Positions 45,575 to 57,700 of a stretch of DNA of 64,000 nt are shown in pieces (within the stretch, counting starts at the first letter, position 1; every line of letters starts with the position of its first letter). The translations under genes and the position numbers were made by a program. Location of the stretch: NCBI GenBank assembly GCA_965261335.1, contig OZ253450.1:506705-570704 (forward strand), in the 5' to 3' direction. The stretch is from Candidatus Spongiihabitans sp. GTDB taxonomy: Bacteria; Pseudomonadota; Gammaproteobacteria; Arenicellales; Poriferihabitantaceae. The notes under the pieces were generated by a model. That model searched no databases. It saw only the letters and a program-made list of their open reading frames with translations, and had not been told where the DNA came from.

Positions 45575-46717
45575 GCGAATTCAACCCATAAGTGCAACAC
45601 TCGGGTTTATATTATGATCTATTCCCATTGCGCGGGAAAAGACCTCCATAAGGGTTTTATACCCCAAACATTTTCTAGGTCGGTTGTTCATTAAATCGGT
45701 CGCTTTGAACCGCTCTTTTTCGGTGACTTTATGCAAAGGCATTTTCTTTGGAAAAAATTGCCTGAACAAAAAGTATGAACAAAAAGTATGAGCAAGCCAT
45801 TGTCCCAGATGATTATTTGGCATTCAAGCCACGCTCCCAAGAGTGATACGGTTTAGCAAAATAAGTTTCACACTCGAGTTGTTTAGCAAGATCACTATGC
45901 CAACAAAATTCCCTGTCGTTATCAAAGGTTAGTGTCATTACATGTTGTTTCATAACATGTTGTTTCATATGCTTTAACAACATGAGTATAGCCGCGTTGG
46001 TTTCTTTTGCGGTTTTGTTCTTAGTCCGAAGTGCGAGATAAAGCCTACTTTTGCGTTCAGCAAGGGTGGCAAACACCCCTTGCCGATAACACAATCAGCC
46101 TACAATCGCCTATACGCAAGCGACTGTCCACTATGACTGTCCACTATACTGGGTCTATCAGCAATATCAACCCGATTGGGGATGCGTCCGCGGTAATCGT
46201 TCTTGCCATAACGCTTGCGATATTTCTTACCCTGATGGCACAAGTATCGATATAACGACCCACCAGCTACTTTGTCTTTCAAAATGAGACGATAGATGGA
46301 TTCGGTGCTAATACTGATGTTTTCCTCCATTCTCAAACGACCGCTAATTTGTTCAGGACTCCAATACAGCGCGATCTTTTGTTGAATATGAAGCTTTAAC
46401 TCGTCATTGAGTTTGATGTGCTTGGGCTTCTGCTTATGCCGCGTTTGGGCAAAGCGGTGGGCTTGTTTGTAGCGATAGCCGTTGCCCCCGGTATTGCGTT
46501 TAATTTCACTGCTGATGGTTGACTTAACTTCTGCCCATGGTTTTAGCGATTCCTGTCAGTGTACAGTTTTGCTGATTCATGAGGTAAATGTGGTATCTTT
46601 CGTGTTCAGTCAAATGGGTATATCTCGTCATGTTTCACTCCTTTTTTCCGTTCAGTTAAAAGAGTACGAGTGTACCCTTTGACTGACTTAGGAGTGTTGC
46701 ACTTATTATGTGAATTC
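45575..46717 (-). mobile_element. IS30-family element, copy 3, decayed
   Basis: Same terminal repeats as copies 1 and 2. The transposase is fragmented (45581..45823, 45813..46094 with a small internal duplication KQHVMKQHVM, and 46100..46336). Confidence 0.8.
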
Positions 46718-46827
46718 ATGAGGAAACAAGTAGTAAAAATGCTTAAGTTATGTAATCAATTTAAGATACTGCAGTAGCAACAATAGCGGGAACCACCACT
46801 AATCAAAGTCGTTAACATGTGCGTAAC

Positions 46828-49101
46828 CTAAAACTTTCTGTTGCCAATATCATCTGGAATATTCTCGTCAGCCGTTGGAATCGGTCGCGATTGTTGCGAA
46901 TTTATATTTTGACTATTAGTGCGATGATTTTGTGAATGTCCTGAACTCGGTGTGTGTGGCACATTTGACTGTCGTTGCCTGTTTGGTCGTGGTGTTTGGT
47001 TAGATTGTCGCGGCGGACGGACAGAATGCTCGTTATTGGACAAGTTCTGTGAGGATGCTTCAGTTTCCTGATGTTGCGGAGTCGCTTGGGCGGGGCGATT
47101 GTCGTGATTGGGATTTCGCTTTCTCGATCTCATGTGACGGCTTCGTGGATTGGGTTTATCTTGCTGCGTCCGACCTGCATGATTTGGTTTGTCATCACGT
47201 TCAGAATGAGCGTGCTGTCGAACTTGTTGATCCGAAGACGGCTTATCATTCTGCTGGCGTTTTCGGTTTTGTTGGTTGCCACGACCTCGCCCGTATGCAG
47301 ATTGATTGTTCGGGCGATTATGTGGTTTTCGCCTTGCTTGGGCTGGTTCCCTGTTTTGCTCATGTTGCGGTTCGTCTGCATCGTTCTCTCCAAAAATCGC
47401 CGCGCCAATGCGGCGTAACAAACTCGACTTTTTGTTGTCTATGGTAGCGGCTTTGGCTAGCTTACGCTCTGGCGGAGGGCGATGCGTAATCTCATCGAGT
47501 TTGACCAATGCGACTTGCTGGTTGGTAGCTGGTTTTGCAAGCAGATTGGCTTCATGGTTATCAATCTCGACTTTTTGTTTATAGCTGGCTATGCCGCTCA
47601 ATGTATCAAATTCTTCGCTACGCAATCGTTTAACTTGAAAATGCGGACTGGATAGTTGGCTCGAAGGTATTATTATTATTTTAGATGCCAGTTTTGATTC
47701 GAGCTGACTGAATTCATCGCGTTTTTCATTCAAAAGATAAGTTGCCATATCCAGTGGCAGAACGACCTGTATTGCTTCGGCATTTTCTTTTAATGCCTCG
47801 TCTTCAATAATGCGCAAGAGATTCAATGAAGACGATACGATATTACGAATCGAACCCATTCCTTCGCAGCGTGGACAGGGTTGGTAATTGGCTTCGCTAA
47901 TCGATGAGCGCAATCGTTGTCGAGACATTTCCAGCAATCCAAAACGAGATATCTGTCCAATCTGAATACGTGCCCGATCCGCTTGTACTGCATTTCTCAA
48001 TTGTGTTTCCACGTCTCGTTGGTTGCGACTGACCATCATATCAATCAAATCAATGACAATTAAGCCGCCCATATCACGCACCCTAAGTTGACGTGCTATC
48101 TCACCAACCGCTTCCAAATTGGTTTGCAAGGCAGTTTCCTCAATGTCGCTACCTTTTGTTGCACGGGCAGAATTGACATCAATGGAAATCAACGCTTCTG
48201 TGTGGTCAATGACAATCGCACCACCTGATGGTAAATGAACTTCACGATTGAAGGCCGATTCAATCTGGCGTTCAATCTGATAGCGTGAAAATAACGGTAC
48301 GCTATCTTTATACAGTTTTAGTTTGGATAAACTCTGTGGCATCACCCGCTCGATAAAACGCTTCGCACGTTCATATATTTCTTCATCATCGATAATGATT
48401 TCCGTAATATATTCTGAAAGATGATCCCGAATTGCACGGATAACAAGGTTGCTTTCTTGATAAATTAAAAACGGGGCTTTGACTCCGCTTGCAGATTGTT
48501 CGATGGTTTGCCAAAGGGTTGTCAGAAAATCCAAGTCCCATTGAAGTTCGTTCTGGCTCCTGCCAATACCTTCGGTTCTTGCAATCAGTGAATGTTGGGC
48601 ATCAATGTTTAAGTTCGACAAAATAGTCTTCAATTCTGCACGTTCATCACCCGCGACCCGCCGTGAGATGCCACCCCCTTTAGGATTATTGGGCATGAAC
48701 ACCAGAAAGCGTCCAGCGAGGCTGACAAAAGTGGTTAAAGCAGCCCCCTTGTTGCCTCGTTCATCCTTGTCCACCTGAACGATCATTTCCTGCCCCTCCT
48801 CAATGACCGAATCAATTTTGACCTGACTGATAGGCGTTTTCGGATCATAGTCAGAACTATGCCTGCTAAAGTAATTTCGATAGATTTCTCTAAGCGGCAG
48901 GAAGCCGTTTTTCTCGGCACCATAATCCACAAAACAAGCCTCAAGACTGGGTTCGACTTTGGTGATGATGCCTTTGTAAATATTTCCTTTTTTCTCGGTT
49001 CTTATTGCCGATTCTAAATCAAAGTCAACGAGCTTTTGCCCATCGACGATGGCAACCCTCAGCTCTTCAGCATGAGTTGCATTAAATAACATTCTTTTCA
49101 T
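46828..49101 (-). CDS. rne: ribonuclease E
   Basis: MKRMLFNATHAEELRVAIVDGQKLVDFDLES...GNIYKGIITKVEPSLEACFVDYG (S1 domain), followed by a catalytic domain and an R/P/Q/N-rich low-complexity C-terminal half. The start is moved to ATG 49101. Confidence 0.9.
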   Translation of the reverse strand: MKRMLFNATHAEELRVAIVDGQKLVDFDLESAIRTEKKGNIYKGIITKVEPSLEACFVDYGAEKNGFLPLREIYRNYFSRHSSDYDPKTPISQVKIDSVIEEGQEMIVQVDKDERGNKGAALTTFVSLAGRFLVFMPNNPKGGGISRRVAGDERAELKTILSNLNIDAQHSLIARTEGIGRSQNELQWDLDFLTTLWQTIEQSASGVKAPFLIYQESNLVIRAIRDHLSEYITEIIIDDEEIYERAKRFIERVMPQSLSKLKLYKDSVPLFSRYQIERQIESAFNREVHLPSGGAIVIDHTEALISIDVNSARATKGSDIEETALQTNLEAVGEIARQLRVRDMGGLIVIDLIDMMVSRNQRDVETQLRNAVQADRARIQIGQISRFGLLEMSRQRLRSSISEANYQPCPRCEGMGSIRNIVSSSLNLLRIIEDEALKENAEAIQVVLPLDMATYLLNEKRDEFSQLESKLASKIIIIPSSQLSSPHFQVKRLRSEEFDTLSGIASYKQKVEIDNHEANLLAKPATNQQVALVKLDEITHRPPPERKLAKAATIDNKKSSLLRRIGAAIFGENDADEPQHEQNREPAQARRKPHNRPNNQSAYGRGRGNQQNRKRQQNDKPSSDQQVRQHAHSERDDKPNHAGRTQQDKPNPRSRHMRSRKRNPNHDNRPAQATPQHQETEASSQNLSNNEHSVRPPRQSNQTPRPNRQRQSNVPHTPSSGHSQNHRTNSQNINSQQSRPIPTADENIPDDIGNRKF

Positions 49102-50006
49102 TAGTATTATTCCGTCTGCCTGCGTTAGAAAACCTAACATAGCAGTATTGCTAGTGACTGTCCTGACGTATGCTAACGTGGACAGATTTAATTTAGGGGC
49201 GTTTTTGACAGAATAATAGCGAACGAAATGAGCATGTAGAAAGCGACCAGTAGAAGGCAAATTGTGCTGTTCTCAAAGAAGCTATAAACATCGCCACAAC
49301 ATCAAAGTGTTGTTGAATTAGCACGGGTCAAGTCCGTTCAGCATGCCACACTTAAAATCGAGACACATCGAAATCGCCACACTCGTATTTTCTGTTGTAT
49401 CGCTTAATATGCCGTTGCTTCCTAGCATCAGTGATTAGTCTATAGATAGAGATGATTCGGTCATCTCGCTAATCAAATCCGAAGTTTCATGAGATTTCAA
49501 AGCAATTTCTCAACATAAATCATTATGTCGGATTGTTTTGCTCGTTTCACCCTATTTACCCACTTCATTTGTGAGCAGGTGATACGCATACCGCTATTTC
49601 TGACCATCATATCCCACGACACTGGCATTTATTGCGGTACACCTTATCAGGAAACACACGATATCTCTCAACCTTAATTCAGGTCTGTCTGGACGCCACC
49701 GCCCAATAATTACGACCACCATCGCTTATAGATTATAGTGAAAATGACCGCAAGATAAATATTCAAAGCCCTTTGGATTGACAACGGCAACCCAAAGCGT
49801 TACGCGACTATATCAATCTTAAACGGCGAATGCAATCTTTTGTCCGGTTTTTGTTACGAGCAAATTAACTGTCCTATTAATTAGTCCGCCCTTAAAAACG
49901 TCTAACCATATTGATTTATATCAATAAAACAAACAAAACCATTAACCAAATCAACCGCTTTGTGTTAGAATAACCGTTGTTTTTTGGTCGTTTTAGTTAA
50001 AAAATT

Positions 50007-50640
50007 ATGCTGACTCCATCTACCCCAAACACAGGGCAACAAAATCTGTTTCACACCGAATTGTTCTCTCAATTAGACCCACGAGACCCTTTAATCCAAT
50101 TAGCCAACGTCATCGACTGGAAGGTCTTCGAGGATGCATTTAGCAAACACTATTGCCACGATAACGGCAGACCCTCAAAACCAATACGCTTAATGGTCGG
50201 GTTGCTGATGCTCAAACAACTGGAAAACCTGTCCGATGAGAATGTGGTCTTACAGTTCAAGCGTAATCCGTATTATCAATACTTCTGCGGTTATCCAACC
50301 TACACCCCTGCCATGCCTTGCAATGCAACCGAACTGGTGCATTTTAGAAACAGAATCGGTGTCGCAGGTTTTGAACTCATTTTTAAGATGAGTGTGATGT
50401 TGCACGGCAAAAAAGCCAATGAAAACACTGTTTTGATTGACACCCCTGTACAGAAGGGAAAAACAGGAAAAAAACATCACCTATCCGACTGATTCTAAAC
50501 TAGCCATCAAAATTATCAACCGTCTCAACAAATTGGCGAAAAAACATGGCATCAAACAACGCAGAACCTTTGTAAAAGAAGTTAAAAACTGTCGCTTACG
50601 CATTCGCCACTTCCGCCATGTTAAAAAGCCCTTGATCCAT
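50007..50640 (+). pseudogene. IS5-family transposase (a different lineage from 11772..12767), frameshifted and 3'-truncated
   Basis: ORF 50007..50492 reads ...QQNLFHTELFSQLDPRDPLIQLANVIDWKVFEDAFSKHY...GRPSKPIRLMVGLLMLKQLENLSDE. It continues in another frame (EKNITYPTDSKLAIKIINRL...). It is cut at 50641 by a MITE end (cctagcgcgggtttcttgcactgtctc). Confidence 0.65.
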
Positions 50641-50676
50641 CCTAGCGCGGGTTTCTTGCACTGTCTCTATTAGCCG

Positions 50677-50796
50677 CGCCAACCATCTTGTCTATCCTGT
50701 TTATCCATGTTAAATGCTTTTCGCTAAATACTCTTTGGCGGTCATCGGACAATGGACGGTGAATTGAGAATTAGAAAATGGTGGTTAGGTTTTGAA
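50677..50796 (+). repeat. ~100-bp repeat, copy A (direct repeat of 59465..59552)
   Basis: cgccaaccatcttgtctatcctgtttatccatgttaaatgcttttcg...catcggacaat...gaattgagaattagaaaatggtggttaggttttgaaag aligns with copy B apart from two short indels. Confidence 0.6.
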
Positions 50797-50988
50797 AGTG
50801 GAAGTCTCCGAAGTGTGGGTTGGTATCGCCCGTGGACACGATAACCACAGCGTTGACCGAATTTGCAACCGTGCCAATAAGCATGCTAAATAGCATCCTA
50901 ATTAAGCAACACCCACCGAGTCAGAATCACTTCGTATCTATGGACGAAAAATGATTGTGGGTGTCCATGATCATTTGATGATTATTTG

Positions 50989-51435
50989 TTAGCGGAGGAA
51001 AAAGCTGAACAGTGCAACCATCACCCCTACGCTACCCATTGTTAAGCCAACCATCCACTTGATTAGGTGTGCTTCGGTGTTGGCAATTTCTACTTTGGTG
51101 TTGGCAATTTCTACTTTAAGCGCGGACTCGGTTTTGGCAATTTCTGCTCTAAGTACGGACTCGGTGTTGGCAATGTCCACTTTAAGTGCGGACTCGATTT
51201 TAGCAATTTCTACGTTAGTTTTGGCAATGTCTGCTTTAAGTGCGGCCTCGGTGTTGGCAATGTCTGCTTTAAGTGCTGCCTCGGTGTTGGCTAATTCGTT
51301 TTTGGTGGCGAGGTTGGCGTTGAGCAGATCAGCTTGAGATTCGGCAAGTGCTTCGGCTTGTTGTACAGGCATACCGACCGCCGTCATACGTTTGACGAAA
51401 TGGTGTGTATCAAAGGCGAGAGCATTAGAAGCCAT
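50989..51435 (-). CDS. membrane-anchored coiled-coil protein with 11-residue repeats (DUF1640/CCDC90-like)
   Basis: N-terminus ...FDTHHFVKRMTAVGMPVQQAEALAE, then repeated ...NTEAALKADIA.../...KTESALKVEIA... units and a C-terminal TM helix WMVGLTMGSVGVMVALFSFFL. Confidence 0.5.
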   Translation of the reverse strand: MASNALAFDTHHFVKRMTAVGMPVQQAEALAESQADLLNANLATKNELANTEAALKADIANTEAALKADIAKTNVEIAKIESALKVDIANTESVLRAEIAKTESALKVEIANTKVEIANTEAHLIKWMVGLTMGSVGVMVALFSFFLR

Positions 51436-51574
51436 GCTTTGACTTTAATACAGACGCTGTTGTTTGTCCACTCTCTGGCAATTGAAAATTGAAAATTGAG
51501 AAGCAACCTAGTCCGTCATTCCTGCGGAAGCAGGAATCCAGTAAAATAAATATTCTTATCAAAACCTAGCCGTC

Positions 51575-51640
51575 ATTCTCAATTATCAATTTTCAATTTT
51601 CAATTCTCAATTCTCAATTCTCAATTTTCAATTTTCAATT
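51575..51640 (+). repeat. nine heptamer units (ATTCTCA/ATTTTCA/ATTATCA) about 95 nt upstream of the adhesin ATG
   Basis: attctca attatca attttca attttca attctca attctca attctca attttca attttca. This is the reverse complement of the TGAGAAT family downstream. Three opposite-orientation units (aattgaa aattgaa aattgag) lie at 51480-51502, across a GGAA-loop hairpin (51527-51546). Confidence 0.85.
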
Positions 51641-51731
51641 AGTTGTGCTACAGTAACGCTATCGAGAGGGATGTTTACACACTCCGAAAATAAGTCGCAC
51701 AAATAACCCATCAAACTGAAGGAGATTCCAA

Positions 51732-54700
51732 ATGAAATCATCGTTTACCATAAAAACACTTAATAATCATATAGTTACCACCCCACAATCCGCGTTCGGC
51801 TTATGGGGCAGAGCAATGATGGTGGCTATAACGCCCCTCAAAACGGTGGCACGAGTGGCATTGAACGAAACAGCACCTCTGAAGCACTTCCTCGCCGCTA
51901 CTTTCTTTGCACTATTGTTTGTCGCACAGCTGGCTAATGCACAAGGCATAGATGACTTCGTGACCACTTGGAGCGTACAAGGAAGTTCAGGAAGTCCGAC
52001 GGTTATTCCAACAACAGGCAGTGGCTATAATTACAACGTAAATTGGGGTGATGGTGGCATAGATACAACGACCTATACCGGCAATGCCATGCATACTTAC
52101 GCCGATGCAGGGACTTATACCGTCCGTATTAGTGGCGCCTTCCCGCGTATTTATTTTAATGCGGAGGAAGGCAATGCTAATTCCAACAGTATCATCGCCA
52201 TTAACCAATGGGGAACAGGGCAATGGACTTCAATGGAACATGCTTTTAGTGGAGCAACCAACCTTATAGGAGACGCAACCGACCGACCTGATTTGTCTCG
52301 GGTAACAGATATGTGGGGTATGTTTAGATATGCTAGCAAATTTAACCAAGACATCGGCGATTGGGATGTCAGCAATGTTGAGCGTATGGGCACGCTGTTT
52401 GAATATACTGACGAATTTAACCAAGATATTGGTGATTGGGATGTCAGCAATGTGACCAATATGACGTGGATGTTTGCTAGTGCCACTGCCTTTAACCAAG
52501 ACATTAGCCGTTGGGATGTCCGCGGTGTAACGAATATGAGTAATATGCTTGGTAACAACACACCTGATTTTAGTCAAAACCTAGGTGCTTGGTATATTAC
52601 TGGGGATTTATCCGTGTCCCCGGCACTTGAAGCAGGAGCCGAAGTAACCCGGTTTACGACTCAGAATAGTGAATTAGACGGTCACAACCCGAGCTATACG
52701 CTTGTCGTCGGAGGTGATGCCAATTTGTTTGCCCTAACGTCAATGGGTGTCCTGAGCATAAACGATGCACCGCCCGCTGGAAAAACTTCATATCACATTA
52801 CCATAGCGGCTACTGGCTTATTTGGAACAAACAATCAGCAAGAGTTGACCCTTGTCGCCAATCATAAACCCGAGATTACCTCTAACAATGGTGATTCCCC
52901 ATATACAATAACACTCCCCGAGAACACCAAGGCAGTCACCACCATCACCGCGACAGATATGGACGCGAATACTTTGACCTATACGCTTTCAAATAACGAT
53001 GCCGCGTTGTTTGAGATAAATAACGCAGGAGAATTAAGTTTCAAAGACGAGTATATTCCAGATTATGAAAAACCAAGAAACACTATGGGAGAGTTTGACC
53101 AGAATGCAGACCAAGAATATAGCGTTCTGGTAACCGTATCGGACGGCGTATCGACCGACACACAGGAAATTATCGTAACCATTGAAAATGTTACAGTGGC
53201 GGTTCCCAACATTCCCGCGTTCCTCGATCCCATCTCACTGGGTGCCACCGTGGGCACTGCCATTAGCCCCGTCACCATTACCAATAGCGGTGGTACAGCC
53301 ACCTACAGCATCAGTCCAGACCTGCCTGCGGGACTGTCCATTGACACCGCCACGGGCACCATCTCGGGCACGCCAACTGCAACCAAAGGGAATTTGTTGT
53401 ACACCATCACGGCTACCAATGACGCTGGCAGCGATAACGCCCAAATCAACCTATCCGTTCAGATAGGAGCGTCTGCTCCCGACATCAGCGTCAGCCCCAG
53501 TATGCTGACCTTCACCGTAGGCATCCCCGTTACAACTAACCCCATCACCAATAGCGGTGGTAGATTCGATACCGGAATCAGTATCACGGACGCGAATGGT
53601 CAAACTTTGACTGAGAACACCGGTCTTAACACTAATGCACATGGTGACATCTATGGCACACCAACGATGTCCGCTAGCGCGGAGATTTACACCATCAGAG
53701 TTAGCAATATCCAAGGCAGCTCCGAGGTCACCATCACCATCACTGTTAATGCGGCAGTGGTTGCTCCTGACATTCCCGACATCAGCGTCAGCCCGGGATT
53801 CCAGAACGCCACCGTAGGTGTTGCCATTACCCCATTCGTCATTACCAATAACGGTGGTACAGCTACATATAGTATCGCTCCAAATCTGCCAGCTGGACTG
53901 GTGATTGACCTAAACACTGGCACCGTATCAGGCACCCTAACGGAGCTGTCTAGTGCCATCATAGTTTACTCCATCACGGCTACCAATATCACCGGTAGCG
54001 ATGTCGTTACTTTCACCCTATCCGTTCAGCCATCAGGAATAATTGCTCCAAACATCAGCGTCAGCCCCAGTAGCCTGACCTTCACCGTAGGCATTCCTGT
54101 TACCACTAACCCCATCACCATTACGAATAGCGGTGGTCCAGCAGATGCAGGGTTCGTCATCTCAAATACAAGTAATAGTCAAAGTTTGGAAGATGACACA
54201 GGTCTGTCCTATAATTATCTTACCGGTGTCATCTCTGGTACACCAACGAGAGCCGTTAATGCGAGGATTTACAGAATTCAAGCTGATAATGCCGGAGGCA
54301 CATCGCGGACTACCATCACCGTTACTGTTAATGCGGCAGTGGTTGCTCCCGACCTTCCCGACATTAGCGTCAGCCCGGGATTCCAGAACGCCACCGTAGG
54401 TGTTGCCATTACCCCATTCGTCATTACCAATAACGGTGGTACAGCCACCTATAGCATCAGTCCAGCCCTGCCAGTGGGACTGTCTATTGACACCGCCACT
54501 GGCACCGTATCAGGCACCCTAACGGAGCTGTCTAGTGCCATAGTTTACTCCATCACGGCTACCAATATCACCGGTAGCGATGTCGTTACTTTCAGCCTAT
54601 CCGTTCAGCCAGGATCGATTGCTCCAAACATTAGCGTCAGCCCCAGTATCCTGACCTTCACCGTAGGCATTCCTGTTACCACTAATCCCATCACCATTAC

Positions 54701-57700
54701 GAATAGCGGTGGTACACCAGATGCAGGATTCGTCATCGTACTTAATAATGGTCAAAGTTTGAACACTGACACAGGTCTGAACTTTAATCGTACCGGTGTC
54801 ATCTCTGGTACACCAACGAGAGCCGTTAGTGCGGAGATTTACACAATTAGAGCTGAAAATGCCGCAGGCAGATCGGAGGCTACCATCACCGTTACTGTTA
54901 ATGCGGCAGTGGTTGCTCCAAGTATCAGTATCAACCCCGCCACCGTAACGGTAACAGCGGGTACGGCTATTGCGGATATAATTATCACTTCAAGTGGTGG
55001 TGATGCTGTCAGCTACAGCATCGATCCAGACATTGCTAATGGATTATCGTTTGACGAAACCAGCGGAACCATATCAGGTACGCCATCGGAGGAGGCAAGT
55101 TTAATTACCTACACCATTACTGCCGAAAATAGTGTTGGTTCGAATAGTGCGACAATAGCCATTATCGTTAATGAGGCACCAACAACATCCGTAGCTGTCC
55201 CGATTATCAGTATCAGCCGTGCTACGCTGGTTGCCACCGTGGGTACTGCTATCCAGCAGATAACCATCGTTTCAAGTGGCGGTATGGTTTCCAACTACAG
55301 CATCAATCCAGCCATTGCTAATGGACTGTCATTTAACGCAGCCAACGGCACCATCTCGGGCATACCAACGGCGGTTGCAGGTCCAACCAGCTACACCATT
55401 ACTGCTACTAATAGCGGTGGTACGGCTATGGCTACGGTAGCCATCACCGTTAATGATGTTGCCCCAAGTATCAGCATTAACCCCGCCGCCGTAACGGTAA
55501 CAGTGGGCAGTGCTATCACGCCGATAACCATCAGTTCAAGTGGCGGTGATGTTGTCAGCTACAGCATCGATCCAGCCATTGCTAATGGACTGTCATTTGA
55601 CGCAACCAACGGCATCATATCAGGCACACCAACGGCGGTTGCACCTTCACGCACCTACATCATCACCGCGACCAATAGCGGTGGTATGGCTATGGCTACG
55701 ATAGCCATCACCGTTAATGATGTTGCTCCGAGTATCAGTATCAGCCGCGATACGCTGGTTGCCACAGCGGGTACGGCTATCCAGCAGATAACCATCGTTT
55801 CAAGTGGCGGTGGTAATGTTGTCAGCTACACCATCGCCCCAGCCATTGCTAATGGACTGTCATTTGACGCAACCAGCGGCATCATCTCGGGCATACCAAC
55901 GGCGGTTGCACCTTCACGCACCTACATCATCACCGCGACCAATAGCGGTGGTATGGCTATGGCTACGATAGCCATCACCGTTAATGATGTTGCTCCGAGT
56001 ATCAGTATCAGCCGCGATACGCTGGTTGCCACAGCGGGTACGGCTATCCAGCAGATAACCATCGTTTCAAGTGGCGGTGGTAATGTTGTCAGCTACACCA
56101 TCGCCCCAGCCATTGCTAATGGACTGTCATTTGACGCAACCAGCGGCATCATATCAGGCATACCAACGGCGGTTGCAGGTCCAACCAGCTACACCATTAC
56201 TGCTATTAATAGCGGTGGTACGGCTATGGCTACGGTAGCCATCACCGTTAATGATGTTGCCCCGAGTATTGTTGCCACCCCGACCACACAAAATGTCACC
56301 GTAGGCAGTCCCATTGAGACGATAACCATCACCTCAAATGGCGGAGCGGTTATCAGCTACAGCATTAGTTCAACATTGACAACTGGATTGTCATTTGACA
56401 CCACCACCGGCACCATCTCGGGTACGCCATTGGTGGTTACGGGTTCAACCAGCTACACCATTACTGCGACCAATAGCGGTGGTATGGCTATGGCTACGGT
56501 AGCCATTACCGTCAATGAAGCCGTCCCGATTATCAGTATCAGTACCGATACGCTGGTTGCCACCGTGGACACTGCTATCCAGCAGATAACCATCGTTTCA
56601 AGTGGCGGAGCGGTTGTCAGCTACAGTATTAGTCCAACACTGACATCTGGATTGTCATTTGACACCGCCACTGGCACTATTTCGGGTACACCAACGGTGG
56701 TTGCGAGTTTAGCCACCTACTACACCATCACGGCGACTAATACCAGAGGTTCAGATAGCACGACAATAGCCATTACCGTTAATGCACCAAAATTAGACAC
56801 CCCGACTGCAACAGTGAGAGGAACGGTGACTACTAGCGGCAAAAGTATTACGGTTGAAGTGACGAGCAAAGGAACTGAAACAATCACTCAGTTTTATGCC
56901 GGCGAAGTATCCGAGTCAAAGTTGCAAACGATAGTGAAAAAGGCGGTTGCTACGGATGGCATTGATTTCGCCAAAGCACCAGCAAGTATTGACCGCACAA
57001 TAACCCCAACTTTGGTGCTGAATACGGCGGTTGATATTACGGTGAATGAGGACGCATGTTCTGGCAAAGGATGTGAAGTTACCTTGTCTTATGAAGCAAG
57101 CGATGAACAAGTAGGCAAAGATTTGTATGTCTTTCACTATGATGAGATGGCAGACACGTGGGAAGCCTTGCCACATGTTCGCCGTGATAGAACAGAGTTA
57201 ACGGTGACAGCCCTTGCCGATAGTTTTTCGCCATTCGCATTGTTTAATGCAAGCAGAGCGGACAAATTGGCGAAGCAACTGAACAAGGATATTTTGCCAA
57301 TTCTTGTCCAAACTATGCTTGCCAGCACCATGTCAGCGGTGAGTACCCGCATTGATGCTACTTTCTCGGGCACACCTCAAGGCAGTTATCAATTAGATGG
57401 TCAAACGGTGAAACTGAATGGTAGCGGTAACCTGCAAGATGCGATGGCGAGCAAACTGCCGCATTATGCGACATCACTGAAAGACGGCACAATGGACTGG
57501 AAAGCAATGTTGTCTCGTTCATCCTTTGTATTGCCGCTGAATGCGGTGGGCGAAGAGGGTGCTGGTGGTGCGACCATATGGGGCAGTGGCGATTACAATA
57601 AAATGAGTGGCAAGCTCAGTGATGGCGACTGGAAAGGCGATGTATTTAGCCTTCAACTTGGTGTCGACCAGCGTATGAAAGATGATTTACTGGCAGGTGG

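Noticed and set aside
45559-45600. N-terminal extension of glmU (MLHLWVEFAADDTY) in ORF 44143..45600
   Set aside because: The extension is encoded by the IS30 terminal repeat. The conserved GlmU N-terminus begins at MTVEIIILAAGEGKRM (ATG 45558).
49102-49260. 53-codon N-terminal extension of rne, and the comparable extensions of trxB (62383..62436) and fbpA (3648..3716)
   Set aside because: The conserved protein N-termini start at internal Met codons: MKRMLFNAT for RNase E, MLDEKH...GSGPAG for TrxB, and the MLKQSF signal peptide for FbpA.
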